A stretch of DNA of 64,000 nucleotides, taken from the NCBI GenBank assembly GCA_051362555.1, contig CM120644.1, positions 15,150,534 to 15,214,533 of the forward strand, given 5' to 3'. The DNA is from Lingula anatina. Its lineage: Eukaryota; Animalia; Brachiopoda. A model generated the notes under the pieces. That model saw nothing but the letters and a program-made list of their open reading frames with translations, made no database searches and was not told the origin of the DNA. The translations under genes were made by a program, and so were the position numbers. Positions 15,765-28,254 of this stretch are shown piece after piece; within the stretch, counting starts at the first letter, position 1; each line of letters starts with the position of its first letter.

Positions 15765-15821
<57 letters not shown>
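15765..15821. repeat. (AAT)n microsatellite (others near 23577, 28218, 32408, 43243, 51218, 52131)
   Basis: Direct reading. Confidence 0.95.
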
Positions 15822-15825
<4 letters not shown>

Positions 15826-16571
15826 GAATAGGAGAAAAGTGAAAACCGCGTTGCTGTCGAATCAATGCAATAACCAGGCGCGTCTGAGCGGTGATTTACA
15901 AGAACAATAGGGTAAAGGAAGACGTCGTGTTGCTGTTTAAATGAAAGACACGGCTGGTAGCTGAATTGAAACATTTTTCATGTCCATTAAGTGTGTAATC
16001 ACTGCCTAAATAGGGATTAAGGAAGCATTATGTGTCCATTGGAAGTCACCGGGTGGTCAGTGGTACATATCACGTAATATCGACGCCTTTGAAAATCGAT
16101 CATGCGCATTTTCTGCTAAGTGGCCTCGATGTCAACGTATTCCATGAAACCAATGCAAACTCGAAAGCGAGAGGACGTTGCTTTTGGTGTCGGTTACTTT
16201 GCCTGAAGTCTTATTGACGAACGTCTCTAATTTATACGGGTTTTATCGGAAGATAACGGGAACTGTGAATCATCGATATTGCGGTAGTATATCTGTACAA
16301 AATCGCCTCCCCAAGCCATACTATTATCGTTTGTAGAAGGGAAATCCAGGCTTTAAGCTACACGATATAGTAATCAATGATGCTTTAGAGTAGGGTGTAT
16401 ATCTGGACGTAAAAAAATGAATCAGTGAATTTTGCCCTTAGTCACGCAGGTTACTGCATATTACTATCCGTTATGTTTGTTATCAAGCTCTTGAGCATCC
16501 AGGACAACTTAGCGTTATTGAACTTCAGTAAGAGAATATTCCCGAGACGTATTATTTTGAAAATTATAGTT

Positions 16572-16613
<42 letters not shown>

Positions 16614-17413
16614 ACATTCGGTAAAACCCAAAAACTAGCACATAATCCTTATAACGCCTAATAATATGTAGCAATGAAGCATACAGACCAAACAAGTTTC
16701 TTTGAGGCCATCGTATGACTCTAAAGTGTCATGCAAATATGAAAGACACACTGTGCCCTGGGAGTGGCAAAAGTATAGCGTTAATAGTGCTGAGATCCAG
16801 ACTGTGCCTTTGACAGCGAAACTGCAGGAATTGGGAAACGAACTAAAAAAACTGTCAGAAGAAGCCAGAGGCTCTTAGCACCAAACCAACCCCGCATACC
16901 TAAGACTCAGAGATTTTAACATCTCCAAAAACGGGTGCGTTTGCGATTAAAACGTCTCGTTGACTGGGATAACAATTCGCTTTAATAACCTCCCCGAGCC
17001 GGGGCCTTCTAATTGTGTTTCCTTTACACTGAATCTGTTTGTATTCTTGCGTGATTGGACGAGGAAACTTTTTTATGCAGTATTGTATTTGAAACTCGCA
17101 CCGAGATGCCTCCAAAAAAGCCGCTCACCCTGTCTGACTTTAACCTTGCCAAGAATATTATACGGGAACAATGGTTGCTCCGAAAATAAGGCTCTCGGCC
17201 AAGCGAAATAGACAGACCGCGAAAGTTATAATTAGAACCGTTGCGGTTTAAAAGAGGTTGATATTTGATGCAAGATTTTTTTGCCAGGAGATGAGGAAAA
17301 AACAATAAAGAAAATATAATGTGTGTTGAGAATTGTGTCACCCATATAGTTGAAGAGTTTCAGTTGTGAGATGTAAAACTTCAGAAGTGAACGATTGCAC
17401 AAGTTCATTATAT

Positions 17414-17458
<45 letters not shown>

Positions 17459-17624
17459 AAAGGCATATACCGGTAGCATAGAGTTACTGATATTTGAATA
17501 ATAAAGGGGTAGTATTGTTTTAAATGTTTTAGAAACCTTTGCAGACAAATGCCTAATATATATATATTTTTTTTTTCAATATTTTTTTCATTTTTTTACC
17601 CAGGTTTGAACTCACTGTGTCCAG

Positions 17625-17793
17625 ATGGTCAACAAGATGCCTAGCGACCACCAGAATGACGGGCCTGTCAACGTGGCGCATAATTTGACGCTCATGTCAA
17701 ACTTCGAATCGTGGCAGAGGCGCATCTTGGTAGATTTGACGCCAGAGGGCCGGGAGTGCATGATATCATTTTGGAATCTTCCCACACCAAAAT
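17625..17793 (+). CDS. Gene A first coding exon (exon begins 17604; MVNKMPSD...[15 protein letters not shown]), carries ECD Cys1
   Basis: Pyrimidine tract plus CAG at 17601-17603, in-frame TGA at 17607 upstream of the ATG, phase-1 donor T|GTAAGT at 17794 matching the next exon. Confidence 0.8.
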
Positions 17794-20700
17794 GTAAGTT
17801 ACATTTTCTGACCCGTAAGTTTTTATATGTACTTTAGAACCCTAAATCAAAAGAAACATTACATTTCACAATTTCTGTGACGAGGATCGGCTGATTCTGG
17901 TCCTTCAGATTAGAGCGCTTTTACATTTTTACCCATATCAATAGTTCATTGTCGCACACACATGAGTTATGAAAGATGCCTTACGGATGTTCTAAGCTCA
18001 TCGTTCATAACTTATGTATTTGGGATAAAAGCGCTCTTAAAAAGCTGCCTGCACATCCAGTAATAAGAATACATTATATTTTATCACAGCTGTTTAAAAC
18101 TGTCACCTGTCTTTCGCCGAAAATAACTCGCCCTGGATGCGACCCGTTCAACCCCAGAGCTATGAATAACCTTAATGGAATAAAAATAAGGAAAACAACC
18201 GGCTTAATGATATTCAATTAGCTCGTCGCCAGGGCGTGAATACATCAAAAAACACTAATATAGGCGCAAAGTCCTCTTTCTTGTAGAAGGTGTAAGTGCC
18301 AAATTATATCATTGAATGTCATCTACTCCTTGATCATCGCTGATAAAAGAACACACACTTGTTTGCTCTATTAAAAAAGGTTCCTTTACTCAAAACGTCT
18401 TTATTCGATGCATTCATGCCATTTGAAACTTGAAATGATGACACGCAGCGCACAAAAATGCGATAAAACGGATAAAACGAGGTGCAAATTATGTTTTCCT
18501 TTTTAAAATCTATTATTATTATTATTGTTGTTAATATCATTATTGTTGTTGTTGTTGTTGTCGTTGGTTTGATTACTATTATTCCTTCTAAATATAATCC
18601 TATGTACATCATGGCGAGATTCAGCTGCTCTCTATCAGACAGACTTCCCGTATGTTACATGACAAACGTCTACCTCACCTCGGGAGGCGTTGAAGAGCAC
18701 CTGTTTGTTATAACTTATGGTAGCTCACATCAAAGGGAAACTCACGCCTAATTAGTGTAACGGAACTTACTCTATCACTCCTACCGTTGAAATGAATGAT
18801 GAGCTTCAAGATCACCTAGAATGAACTTGGTATTTTTGTCGTGTTTGAAGGGGTTTATAACTTTATCTGATCTAATATCAGTGAAGGCCGTTTTTTGAAA
18901 GTATTACGCAAGAGTTTGGCGTCTAAGGAACGGAGTCAAGTTCTTCCCCTCTTCCTGAATGTATTTTTGGGTTAAGCGTGTGAGGATACAAAATGTACAT
19001 GTTCACTACCCTGTATCTTGCAATTAGAAGAAGAGATCCTTTACTCGTTACATGCTGGCGAACTAATATATATTGATTGTGCGATACCCATCACTAGAAA
19101 TGGATATTTTAGACTAAAATTTAGGTTGGCTGTTTCGAACCTGTCTAAATATACATATATAGACAGAAATGGGTGTATATCTTGCCACCTGTCGATAAAT
19201 CAAATGTCGCTTCTCATTTTTTAAACTGACAAATTGAAGACTATAGGCCAAAGATACATTTAAACTACGAACACTTAGACGGTTTTCAGCAATCACATAA
19301 AATGCAGGTAAACGCCAAAAAAAACACGTGTTCCACAAAACTCAACCATGTTCCGAGAAATTCAATTGCTCTAAAAGTTTATTACCAATAATATGAAACC
19401 AGTCTTGGCTCAGTCAGTGTACAAGGAATCCCGCAGGTTTTACGTGTATATTGGCATAAGGGAAATGGAAACAGTGTCTGATAGAAACCAGGGTTATTGC
19501 AGGTGCCCCCTATTTACCCCACAGGGTGCCTCACATTGACTGGGTCCCCATACCTAGATTGATCTAACAGGATCGATCCATCTCCGAGGGGTTTCTAGCT
19601 AGATTACTTTTAGCTTAAACCGCTTAGATGTTTGGCATGCCTACTGAAGCTGCTAAACAATAATTTTTTACCCCCTGGCAGCTTCAGTAGGCGTGAAAGG
19701 CATAAAAACCGCTTAAATTGATTGCAATTTAGCGAGAATCCCCTTGGAGATAGATCGATCCACAGTTAGTACGATAAGGTCTGGGAATGGTGCCACTGAC
19801 TGAGGGTTCCAGAGGGTTGCACACTGATGGCCAAGGTTGCCGAAAGGAACAGGATAGCTATCCCTTCCCCCCACAGGGTGACCCGCATTGACGACGGGGT
19901 CCTGGGGTGGTGGTTATGAAATGAGTTGTCAAGTTCCAACAGGGTTTGAAAGAAAGCAGACGTATTGAGCGGCCAGATAAAACCATCGCACTAGCTGGAT
20001 CGATCCAAGTCCTCTGGAGATTCTCCTTAAGTGCAATCACTGTGATCAGTTCTCTCTGCCCACAACATTTTGTTGAATCGAATATGACCGTGGCTAAACT
20101 TGACCCAATTTTGTTACCATTTTATTATATTGTACTGTATTGTATTTGATCTTTTTTTCATTTTGCCATATATGATAACAATCGGGGTTTATTCGATTCT
20201 GCCATTTTTCGCTGTGAGCTCTTACACCGGTTTGCTCATCGTTAGCGTGGACCAACTGTGGCGTTACGACCCTGTTGACACGCTCTACCCCTCCTCCCCA
20301 GCTTTAAACAGCGTTTTAAATTCACGGGCTAGGTTCCTTAACGTCACTTTCAATCGTAATGTTGCCTTAATGCGGTGCAAATCCGAGACCTCGACGCGTT
20401 TGGAGCTTTAACTGAACATTTTCCCGAATGTTGTTTAATGTCAGCTAATGATTTACTTGGGTTTAAAGAAACGGATTGACATTCCACATGGAAATGCAAA
20501 TAACACGTGTGAACACGATAGGGTGAATGTCCCCCCATAAGTTATTAAAGGGGTAAATTTTTCTTTTTTTTTTCAGTCTGATAAAAAAGTTTTATCTCAG
20601 ATTCGTTATTCTACAGGGGATTTTGTAAAGTTGCAATCTTATAATACAGTGATACATACATTTGAAAGCGTCAAGCTACTTTCGCTGACAAGTACGAATT

Positions 20701-21635
20701 CAAAGAAAATTATATCATATGATAATAATAACTTATTTAGAAAAACAGCAAACCATAGGTTAAACTTCTACATGACTGTGATAAGAGACTAACGCGTCCA
20801 AAACAATAAGAACATAAATAGTCAAGAACTGTTTATTCAAAATATAGAGAATGATAACGCTGTAGCTCGATACAAAAACACTCACAAGTCCAAGAATATA
20901 TACAGCAACCGGAAGTTTTTAGGGCATATTTCTAGTCAACGTCTTTAACAAACTTTAGTCAGGTGACATATGTTAAACACATACAACTAAATATGTAATA
21001 TCACTTTTCACTACCCTTTTGCCTTTCAACCAACTGAGAATTACGAGAAATGGAGGTTTTTTCCGGACAGATGGTCGGTCAGTTTTGAGCTGCCCTCAAA
21101 TCTTGAGAATGAGTGATACAGAAGGTGTGAACATTCCCGAGTTTTCATCTTCGTTTCAAATGTAAAAATAGCCTTATCAAAGGGTCATCGCGTGGTTAAA
21201 GAGTTTGTGGGTAGGCTTTTTGGCCTCTCCTGTCAGATGGAGAATGTATGTGTACCAGTACATGCATCAACAGCTGATTAAAAGTGCATATATAAAATTT
21301 TGCTCTTTGCTCTTTTCACCACCTGTACTAGAAAATGCGCTTTTAGATGTGCACTTTATAGAAATCGAAATAATAGTAATAGTAAAGTAATAGTAGTACT
21401 ATGCACATACTTGAAAAATACATGTCAGATTTAAAAGGGTGAATATTGCAACATTTACAACAATTTTTGTGATGACTGCATTACTGTTTCAGATAAGCAC
21501 TGCAATGCCACGTGGGATAACTACTACTGTTGGCCAGTGACAGAAGCGAACAAAACGGTGTACAACCCGTGTCCATTCGTATTTGCCCATGATAATGACG
21601 GTAGGTTGCTACCACATCTCTCTTGCTCTCTCTCA

Positions 21636-21683
<48 letters not shown>

Positions 21684-22057
21684 CACTCACACAGACACAC
21701 ATCAACACGCACGCAGGTTCACAGACACACACTACCGCGCACACAGGCACACGCACAAACATACGCGCGCTCGCACGCGCAGTTCAACTTGATGTCAAAA
21801 GTCGACAATAAACCAAACATTAAAATTGTGCTAGTTGTGAGCTGCGCATCCGTGTGCATCGACCTGTACTATTTCGTACGTGTAGTTACTTTTTGTGAAC
21901 AACTCCTAAAAATTTAAACAGCTATTCAATCATATTCCAATTTAATGCATTCATATGTTTACAAGTCGCCATAATCACAATTGGTTCTTCTTCTTCTTAT
22001 TATTTTTATTATGATGATAATGATGATAAGTAGTAGTACATGGAGGAGGAGGAGGAG

Positions 22058-22092
<35 letters not shown>

Positions 22093-23575
22093 ACAATAAA
22101 ATAGTAGCGTCATCTTAAAAACTTATTTGTCTTCTGGTATTTCAGTCCAGCGTTATGGTCATCGTTTCTGTAACGCAGATGGTCAGTGGGCACACGGGAA
22201 CTGGACAAACTACACCGCGTGCCTTGACCAGGACCTTATTAACAAGTTCTACGGGCCAACATCGCCAACACAGGTGATTTTCTTTGCTTCCAAAATACTA
22301 ACCTTTCGTTATATTTATAGGATATTGAATGTGGTGTGCATTTTAGGAAGAATGCAAATGGTTTATGATGGCCACATGATTTGAGAATATTTGATGTATA
22401 TGATTTGAGAACACAAATGGAGATAAATATTATAGAAATAATGTGGATCAATAGTGAAATTTATATATCTATTCATTTTGTGTAATTGTTTACAGCTAGT
22501 AGACGAGAGTGAGTTGATGACGGCGATCGTTCTCCGGGACATCTATTTCTACGGAAGCATCGTGTCGTTACTACTCTTGATGATCACGTGGGTTATATTC
22601 CAATTTTTCAAGTAAGTGATCTAACGGCGTTACGTTTAAGAATTTGAGTATTTTAAGGGGAGAGTAATATGGTGCACACGTTTGTTCCACCGTTAAGCTG
22701 TTTGTATTTGTCATACTGATTGTTTACCTAGCATGCATTCTTATTATTATCTTTATTATCATTATTACTGTTATTTATTTATCTATTTGTTTATTTGTTT
22801 ATTTATTTTTACGGGACTCAGGTTGCAGTATATTTCAAGTGTAAAAGACGATGTAACTAGATTTGAATGTCACTCTTTTCTTAGTATTAGAACTCCCTGT
22901 CCTTACATCTTGCATTCACCTCTCATTCACTAAGTACAAATGGCACAGACGAGTTCTGGTATCAATTTGTGGAGAGACACGAAAAAGGTTTGATTCAACC
23001 GCTCGGTACCAGAGACCGAAGTCGGTATTTTAGTCTCGGTAACCCACAAGTTTGTATTCTAGTGCTCGGTAAACCACATCAGATGACAACTTATGTAGCT
23101 ACTACGTCCACGGCCACTTCATTTGCCACCCATCCTCTATGCCACAACCATTTTAATTTGTTGATGATGGTGATATATAGTTGGTGGAATATGTATATTA
23201 TAAAACAAACTGTACTACTTTTTTTCGTGATCTATCTCTTAGGGAATTCCTTTTTGTATTTCCCACAGCGTTGTTTCAGCCCTCTACATGAATTTATTTC
23301 TCACCGTCTGTCTTCCTGCAGAACTATCTGTCTGTCTGTCTGTCTGTCTGCCCATCTGTCTACCTATTTGAAACATTTAACCATTGATTATATATTTATT
23401 TTTCATTCATTTATTTATTTCAGATCGCTCCAGTGCAGTCGTATATCAGTTCACAAGAACCTCGTGGTCTCCTTCATAATCCGTTATTTGATCGTGTTCG
23501 TGATGTTTGAGCCTTACATTACGTCAGCTGATGACCTGGATACGAAGGGCACGTACCGCCAAGTGGTGAGTATGT

Positions 23576-23629
<54 letters not shown>

Positions 23630-25579
23630 CAGTTTTAATTTACTTGGATCGGTAACCATTTTACGGCAGTGTAATTACCAGCACATACTGTGAGACAACG
23701 TAGTCAATAAAATAATAATAATAACAATAATATGATTATATTAATAAAATACATAAATGTTGGTATTGCTTATTGATTTTTATAATTTTTAACAAACTGG
23801 GAGTGTACTTTTTTAAATGTGAAATAAATCATGCGTTGTGAGGTTTTGAGTCAAATAATTAAATTGCTCCATAGTGGTCCACAGGGAGGGTAGACAGGGG
23901 GAATGCATAAACCTCATGCTCCTTCGTCTTCTGCCCTACCGATACACGCTTTAAGTTAAATCATTGACTTTGTCTTTTTTTGCCAGGAGTGGCTATGCAA
24001 ATTAATCCAAGCGTTGCTTCAGTACTCCGTCATGGCCAACATATTCTGGATGTTTGTGGAGGGGTTGTTCCTGCACAACAGAATAGCCATATCAGTCTTC
24101 AGTACGGAGACCCCGTTTCTGTTGTACTATTTTATTGGTTGGGGTAGGTAATTTTGCTTGATTGTTTATGTATTAATTTCAATATTTATGTTTTTTGTAA
24201 TTTTATTAACATGCGCGTTGCTGTAATGAATAATACTTGCCCTTTTTCATCTTAATCACATGTTCCAGTTAGCTTAATAAAATCGTAATATGAGAAAGAC
24301 CTAAATGCACCCCAACATATGATCCCGAACAGAGAGAGAGAGAGAAAGAGAGAGAGTATCAGATACATGTATGCCAGACACTTGTATCATTCTTAATGTA
24401 CACATCTCTTCAGGTTTGCCTGGTCTGTTCGTGATGGTCTGGGCGATATGTATGAAATTCAAGCACCCCGACAAATGCTGGGACAACTACGCCGGACACC
24501 CTCTCTTCTGGATAATAGCAGCTCCCAGTATTGCAGCCATTGTGGTGAGTTCTTTTACGTCCCTTTTCGTTATCAGTATCGAAATATTTAAACTGGCTCT
24601 TACATGTATGTGACTTTGATGCCCTTGGCATACCTATGCTTATCAAAATGATATAAGTTGTCACAACCATTTTGTTATCGCATTTATTTGCAAATAGAGC
24701 ACAATCCATGACAGTGTGTTTAGCTCATCTAACGCAATTGAGTATAATGGCGTGTGCGCATTATATTGTATGGAACATCTGTTTCGCAGTGCGTATGTTT
24801 GCTGAATATAATATATAAATGTTTTTTTCTATTCTAGATCAATTTGTTCTTTTTGATCAAGATCATCTGCATTTTAGTCACAAAACTCACTGCTAACAAT
24901 ACGGTAGAAACCAACCAAGTTCGGTAAGTGTGAGAATTGGATGCTAATAATTTAAAGTTGTGTTTCTTAAACGATTAAATTGATTTATGTTTAGTGGTTG
25001 TCATATTTATGCCATTATTTATTTATTTACAAAGACAGTGTGGTGCTTTCGAGATAAGCCTCTATCTGTCCACTAACTCCATCCACTTGATGTCTATATC
25101 CCGCCGAGCATTCATAGAACATAGATGATGAATTGCTAAAAATTAAACAAAGCCGTTGATAATATTTCGGTTTGATTATTATATACTCTGGTTATTGGGA
25201 ATCAATACTGAAGTCACTGTCGTAAAATGGTCCTTTTTTTGTGTTGATGTGCCAATTGTTTGAGTACGCATTGATCGATTTAACGGGCTCTACTCTTCAC
25301 ATCATCAAAACATTCTATGGTTAAAATATTGGATTTCAATTTTTTATTTTCATTTTCATGTTTAAAGGAAAGCATTAAAGGCCATCCTCGTGTTGTTCCC
25401 ACTCCTTGGGATTACCTACCTTCTGTACGTGCTCCCCTCCAACGACAAGATATCCAAAGCCGCTTACCACATCGTAAATGCCATATTACAGTCCTCCCAG
25501 GGCATATTCGTGTCAATCATCTACTGTTTCTTAAATGGAGAGGTAAGGCAAAAAAGAGATGCAAATTTTCAATGATCAT

Positions 25580-25611
<32 letters not shown>

Positions 25612-27407
25612 GAATCATTCTTTAAACAGTTTCGGAGACAGGGACTTCACCATGACCTTATGCCCATTAAACAGTCAAAACCGTCAATATCTGGTGGGGT
25701 GGGGATGTTGCTGAGAATAGGACATTACTTTGAAAAGAAAGCATTGTTTCTTGTCTGCTTTTGTATGTTTGCGCCGATGCAGATTTTTAAATTCCTTTTG
25801 ACAGTGTAATTGCATAAGCATTTAGGCTGTATTGCACCTGCACATCAATTAATAATATAGGCATGTACATGTACCGGTACTACCAGTACATCCTGCTTTT
25901 GAAAACCACAATTAACAAATCAAGAGAAAATCATCCGTCCCTTTTGGAACGAGCAAGGTCTTTTACATTCATATTCATTTTTCTCTTTCTAGGTGCAGGC
26001 CGCCATTAAGAAGAAATGGCAACGCTATCAATTACAGAAATTTGGCAGTGTCAGAGGAAAGAGGCGGACATCACGGACGTCCTCGTTCTTCCTTTCACAA
26101 ACAGAGGTATTTGTTATGCTCACGCTTGGAGGAAAATACGTTACACGGCGTCTTACTCAGAAGGAGACACACAAATATAGAAACTCACAAGCTAACAGTG
26201 AAAGTGACTGTAGCTTGCAACCGAGAGAAGTTTTAATTGCATGTCGGGATATGCCGGTTTTCGAACCCGAGGCTTACGTTTAGATCACGTGGTTTTGTTG
26301 TAAATTAAATGCTGATATTTTTCATCAGTGCGTTTTCGGACATGTGTGCCTGCATTTAGAAATGGGTGTATTTGTGAGGAAAAAGTTAACAAAGGTTTCA
26401 AAAACACGGAGTGGGAGAATTCTGCATGATTATATTAGCGTGTCGAAAGGATTCTTTTAAGAAGGTTTAGCAGCAATACTAGTAAGTCCTCGTCTCTTAG
26501 AGTAACACGTAGCAGATAATTCGTAGGCCTACTAGGGAAAAGGAATAGTGGAGAAGATAGTTCTTGCATGGGTAGTGGAGAAAACGGTTCACGCTTGAGT
26601 CCATTAGAGCGCATGGTAAATTAAAACTAATACTGCGCATGCGTCGACAGACCTAATACCACAAGGGCATGGTAGAGTTTAGAGTCCGACTAACCCACGA
26701 ATGCATGTAGCTTTAAACTGCACTAACATTTGTCGTCTCCTTCATCCAAGTCCTCACCCCGAACTCAACGCCTTCGAAGAGGTGACTCGGCAGCTACGTC
26801 ATCAATGACGTCATCGCTGACGTCATCCACGCCTAAACTGTGCCGATACGCATCCATTAATATTGAGCATGACGCCAACGCACCTGCACCCACACATGTC
26901 TGACGTCACGTCCTGTCTGTGTCGTAGGTATGGTATATTTGCTACGCTTGCACAGCCCATTGCTTACTATTTGCGCCACATGTACATGTATGTGTCGAGT
27001 ATGTATCCCCTATGCTATCGTATATATGTTTGATAACGAGCTTAATAACGTAATATACTTCACAATATGTACTCGTATATTGCTTTCTTTCTCTCTCACG
27101 CGCATTCTATTTGACAATGTTATCATATACCTACGCATTTGCAATAAACTCTAACAGCTGTTATATACATTAAGGCCTGCTTAACCTCCACGAGATGAAT
27201 TTCTTTTAGAAGCACAATGTTACTGTTTACAAACTATGCATATTTTCTCTTTTTTTACAGAATTCCAACACACAACAGAATAAGTTGCTTAGCAACGGCG
27301 GTTGCTGCGAGAACGGCATGACTAGATTGCAAAAGATTAACTCGGATCACAAGCTTTTGAATGTGGAACCGTGCATAAAAGAGAAAGAGATGTTGGAAGC
27401 ATTATAA
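17625..27407 (+). CDS. Gene A: class B1 (secretin-family) GPCR, CRF/DH44/PDF-receptor-related, exact subfamily unresolved. Core exons 17625-17793, 21493-21600, 22146-22273, 22496-22611, 23424-23565, 23987-24143, 24414-24544, 24838-24923, 25368-25542, 25993-26106, then tail exon 26751-26903 or 27261-27407, or read-through to 26283
   Basis: All introns are GT-AG and phases chain consistently (1,1,0,2,0,1,0,2,0,0), giving a 442-aa core. Six ECD cysteines (EC; [12 protein letters not shown]; PCP; FCNADGQW; WTNYTAC). 7TM motifs [79 protein letters not shown]. Confidence 0.93.
19543..19794. mobile_element. Palindromic MITE, family 2
   Basis: ggatcgatc/gatcgatcc arms and inner gcctactgaagctgc/gcagcttcagtaggc inverted repeat. 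Confidence 0.7.
21493..21600 (+). CDS. Gene A exon: hormone-binding domain ([14 protein letters not shown]...PCPFVF)
   Basis: ttcag acceptor, G|GTAGG donor, class B CxxxWDxxxCWP motif. Confidence 0.93.
21616..21780. repeat. (CT)n(CA)n compound microsatellite just after a gene A donor
   Basis: Direct reading. Confidence 0.9.
22146..22273 (+). CDS. Gene A exon: ECD C-terminal half ([20 protein letters not shown])
   Basis: ttcag acceptor, CAG|GTGATT donor, CxxxGxW and WTNYTxC motifs. Confidence 0.93.
22496..22611 (+). CDS. Gene A exon: TM1 ([26 protein letters not shown])
   Basis: tttacag acceptor, AA|GTAAGT donor, hydrophobic helix; missed by the ORF track. Confidence 0.92.
23424..23565 (+). 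CDS. Gene A exon: ICL1/TM2 ([21 protein letters not shown])
   Basis: ttcag acceptor, GTG|GTGAGT donor, LxCxRxxxHxNL motif. Confidence 0.93.
23987..24143 (+). CDS. Gene A exon: TM3/ICL2 (EWLCK...[16 protein letters not shown]...FIGWG)
   Basis: gccag acceptor, G|GTAGGT donor, WMxxEGxxL and GWG motifs. Confidence 0.94.
24414..24544 (+). CDS. Gene A exon: TM4/ECL2/TM5 (LPGLFVMVW...KCWDNY...[13 protein letters not shown])
   Basis: ttcag acceptor, GTG|GTGAGT donor, CW motif. Confidence 0.93.
24838..24923 (+). CDS. Gene A exon: TM5/ICL3 ([17 protein letters not shown]...NQVR)
   Basis: ttctag acceptor, CG|GTAAGT donor, 86 nt (same length as the gene B equivalent). Confidence 0.93.
25368..25542 (+). 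CDS. Gene A exon: TM6-TM7 ([17 protein letters not shown]...[18 protein letters not shown])
   Basis: PLLG and QGxxVxxxYCFLNxE signatures, GAG|GTAAGG donor. Confidence 0.94.
25993..26106 (+). CDS. Gene A exon: helix 8 and proximal tail ([11 protein letters not shown]...FLSQTE); can read through to stop at 26283
   Basis: ttctag acceptor, VQxxxKxxW motif, GAG|GTATTT donor at 26107. Confidence 0.9.
26751..26903 (+). CDS. Gene A alternative tail exon ([13 protein letters not shown]...APAPTHV*)
   Basis: CACTAAC branch point, pyrimidine tract and AG at 26749-26750, open in phase 0 for 50 codons, donor TAG|GTATGG at 26928. Confidence 0.65.
   Translation, partial: SSPRTQRLRRGDSAATSSMTSSLTSSTPKLCRYASINIEHDANAPAPTHV
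27261..27407 (+). CDS. Gene A terminal exon, alternative tail ([10 protein letters not shown]...KEMLEAL*)
   Basis: Strong acceptor [23 protein letters not shown] tract ending 27260, open in phase 0 for 48 codons. Confidence 0.7.
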   Translation, partial: NSNTQQNKLLSNGGCCENGMTRLQKINSDHKLLNVEPCIKEKEMLEAL

Positions 27408-28214
27408 GAACCTGTGGTCACTTGAGCAGTGGTCATCGCATGTGTTGGAATTTACGGGTATATGAATGAACATCGACGCTTTCTGCGATGGGGCATGAGG
27501 TTTCGAATTAATACGTGACGATAGGATTTGAGTGATTAATTTTTCAATCACTGTACAGCGGAATGCAGCTGAAGTTCTCGAACAGCATCTTTCTGATTCA
27601 CAAGAATGCTTCAATCTGTATGTTGAAAGAAAAAGGAAAAGAAAAAGTGGAGATTAAAGAAAGATTAATTAGGAATGAAACACGATTACGTCATGGTAGT
27701 CTGGTGCAATGTCGTTACGTCACATTGTGTCTGACGTCACATATCATGAGCGATTTGCAGAATGTAGTTGAATCTTGTTGAAGAGATGGATCCATCCTGG
27801 TATCATTACCCAGCTGGACACAGACGAGAAGAATGTAAAAAAAAGAAAAGAAAAGAGATCGACGTACCAGAAGCAGTGACACGTCTCTCGAAGTTTTTGT
27901 TCTGGAATATCAAGTGATTGAAAAGTGTTTGAACTGTTCGACAATCGGATTAACTGGCCATTCAGCTGACGCGTGCCGGTCACGTGTCTTGCGATTAGAG
28001 TCTTCGTCCATACACAGTCAATGCATTGTTTTCCACAGCAGAGATCGACGCCTTGAAATGTTGAAAATGTGCGAAGCTTGGTCCTTTATGTATACTTTGT
28101 ATAGGGGGCTATCAATTAATGTGATAACGGGGTCGCCGTTGTATCATGAAATTCGGTCGTTATACAATACAATATAATTCATCCCCGGTGTTGTAATTTT
28201 GAAATAACTTGTCG

Positions 28215-28254
<40 letters not shown>

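Noticed and set aside
21481-21917. Five overlapping ORFs with HT/VC repeats
   Set aside because: Produced by the (CT)n(CA)n repeat; only 21493-21600 is a real exon.
22969-23423. 5' part of the 203-aa ORF
   Set aside because: Intronic sequence open by chance upstream of the acceptor at 23423.
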